Positions 63,340 through 64,000 of a stretch of DNA of 64,000 nt are shown one piece after another (position 1 is the stretch's first letter; the number at the start of each line of letters is the position of its first letter). The notes below the pieces were generated by a model, which saw only the letters and a program-made list of their open reading frames with translations, did no database searches and was not told the DNA's origin. Made by a program: the position numbers and the translations under genes. This DNA is from a virus: positions 1 to 64,000 of the IMG/VR virus record IMGVR_UViG_3300043331_000919, one strand, 5' to 3'.

Positions 63340-63716
63340 GACTCGTCCTCCTCCTCGATCTCGCAGAGTGCGATCGCGATCTCGTCCTCGTTCATGTACG
63401 CCCACTCCTGCACGCGCGCCACGAACGGACTGTCGTCGTCGGGCTTCATCTCGGCGCGGTAGGACTCTGCGGCAGCCGAGAGGAAGGCGAGCAGCGTCAC
63501 GACCATGTCGCCGGGGCTGAGGTTTCGCCGGGCCGGCGCGTACAGGTCCGCGGCGGAGTCAGCGAGACCTTCGCCGTCGATCCACACCTCCCAGGCGTAG
63601 GTCATGTGTCCCCCGTTGGACCAGTCGCCGGTGCGGCGGACCTTCAGGACAGCGTCGCCAACGCGCGTTGACGCGAGGTCGTCGTCGAACAGGTCGACGG
63701 TCACCCGGTCAGTCAT
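63333..63716 (-). CDS. Hypothetical protein
   Basis: ORF track; TLLAFLSAAAES. Confidence 0.6.
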   Translation of the reverse strand: MTDRVTVDLFDDDLASTRVGDAVLKVRRTGDWSNGGHMTYAWEVWIDGEGLADSAADLYAPARRNLSPGDMVVTLLAFLSAAAESYRAEMKPDDDSPFVARVQEWAYMNEDEIAIALCEIEEEDESC

Positions 63717-63945
63717 CGGATCCCGGCAGCGGGGTGAAGACCACCTCGCGCACCGTCTCCCCGTCGGGGCTGGTCGACTTCGTGTAGATCACGCCGTCGC
63801 GCCGCCGGCGCATGACCTCGGTGCCGCCCAGGTTCTCGAAGAACTCGCGCGTGCCCTTGCTGGTGAAGTTCTGGACGAACTCCGCGGTCACGGTCTCGTC
63901 CGGCTTGCGCTCGCCATTGACGCGCTCGCTCATCAGGTACTTCAT
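63709..63945 (-). CDS. Hypothetical protein
   Basis: GAGGAG RBS. Confidence 0.6.
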   Translation of the reverse strand: MKYLMSERVNGERKPDETVTAEFVQNFTSKGTREFFENLGGTEVMRRRRDGVIYTKSTSPDGETVREVVFTPLPGSDD

Positions 63946-64000
63946 GACTCCTCCTCGTGGAGCAGGTCGAGCTGGGTGGTGGGGTCGGTCGCGAGACGCA

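Larger units (their letters stand above)
1418..63669. repeat. Dispersed 10-bp palindromic repeat AACG-NN-CGTT (at least 40 copies)
   Basis: Copies located by eye across both arms; coordinates listed in findings. Confidence 0.85.
1..64000. mobile_element. Actinobacterial tailed phage (siphovirus-like) genome segment
   Basis: Complete head-tail module, lysis, replication and early genes; WhiB/WhiG indicate an actinobacterial host; no host genes seen. Confidence 0.93.

Noticed and set aside
1418-63669. AACG-NN-CGTT copies as CRISPR repeats or canonical SOS boxes
   Set aside because: Only 10 bp and irregularly dispersed; flanks vary (C/G/T/A...C/G/T) and mostly lack the TCG...CGA of the LexA box.

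Overview
The whole window is a high-GC (about 70%) actinobacterial tailed-phage (siphovirus-like) genome segment. I found no host housekeeping genes, integrase or DNA polymerase in it. Layout: a FliA/WhiG-type sigma factor (-); a rightward packaging, head, lysis and tail operon (terminase, portal, scaffold, capsid, endolysin/holin, major tail protein, -1 frameshifted tail chaperones, 1607-aa tape measure, minor tails); a rightward replication/regulation block (Cas4-like exonuclease, two PAPS-reductase-like PP-loop proteins, Sak4-like ATPase, SSB, primase-helicase, two WhiBs); and a long leftward arm of small ORFs with RuvB, a RavA/ViaA-like AAA+vWA pair, Ku plus ATP-dependent ligase, and a C5 DNA methyltransferase. 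Two genome-wide patterns are not explained by the gene list. (1) A short acidic amphipathic peptide tag (about D-x-x-D-R-E-x-V-E-x-W-L-D) occurs in about 20 unrelated proteins, at C-termini, N-termini or internally. (2) A 10-bp palindrome, AACG-NN-CGTT, occurs at least 40 times, mostly inside genes. Also seen: DasR-type (dre) palindromes, a candidate late-promoter motif G(C/T)CGAAGT, a 54-nt tRNA-like element, a structured intergenic RNA candidate, a Flp-pilin-like tail on the holin, and an overprinted ORF in the methyltransferase. Product calls come from motif recognition only; no database searches were run.
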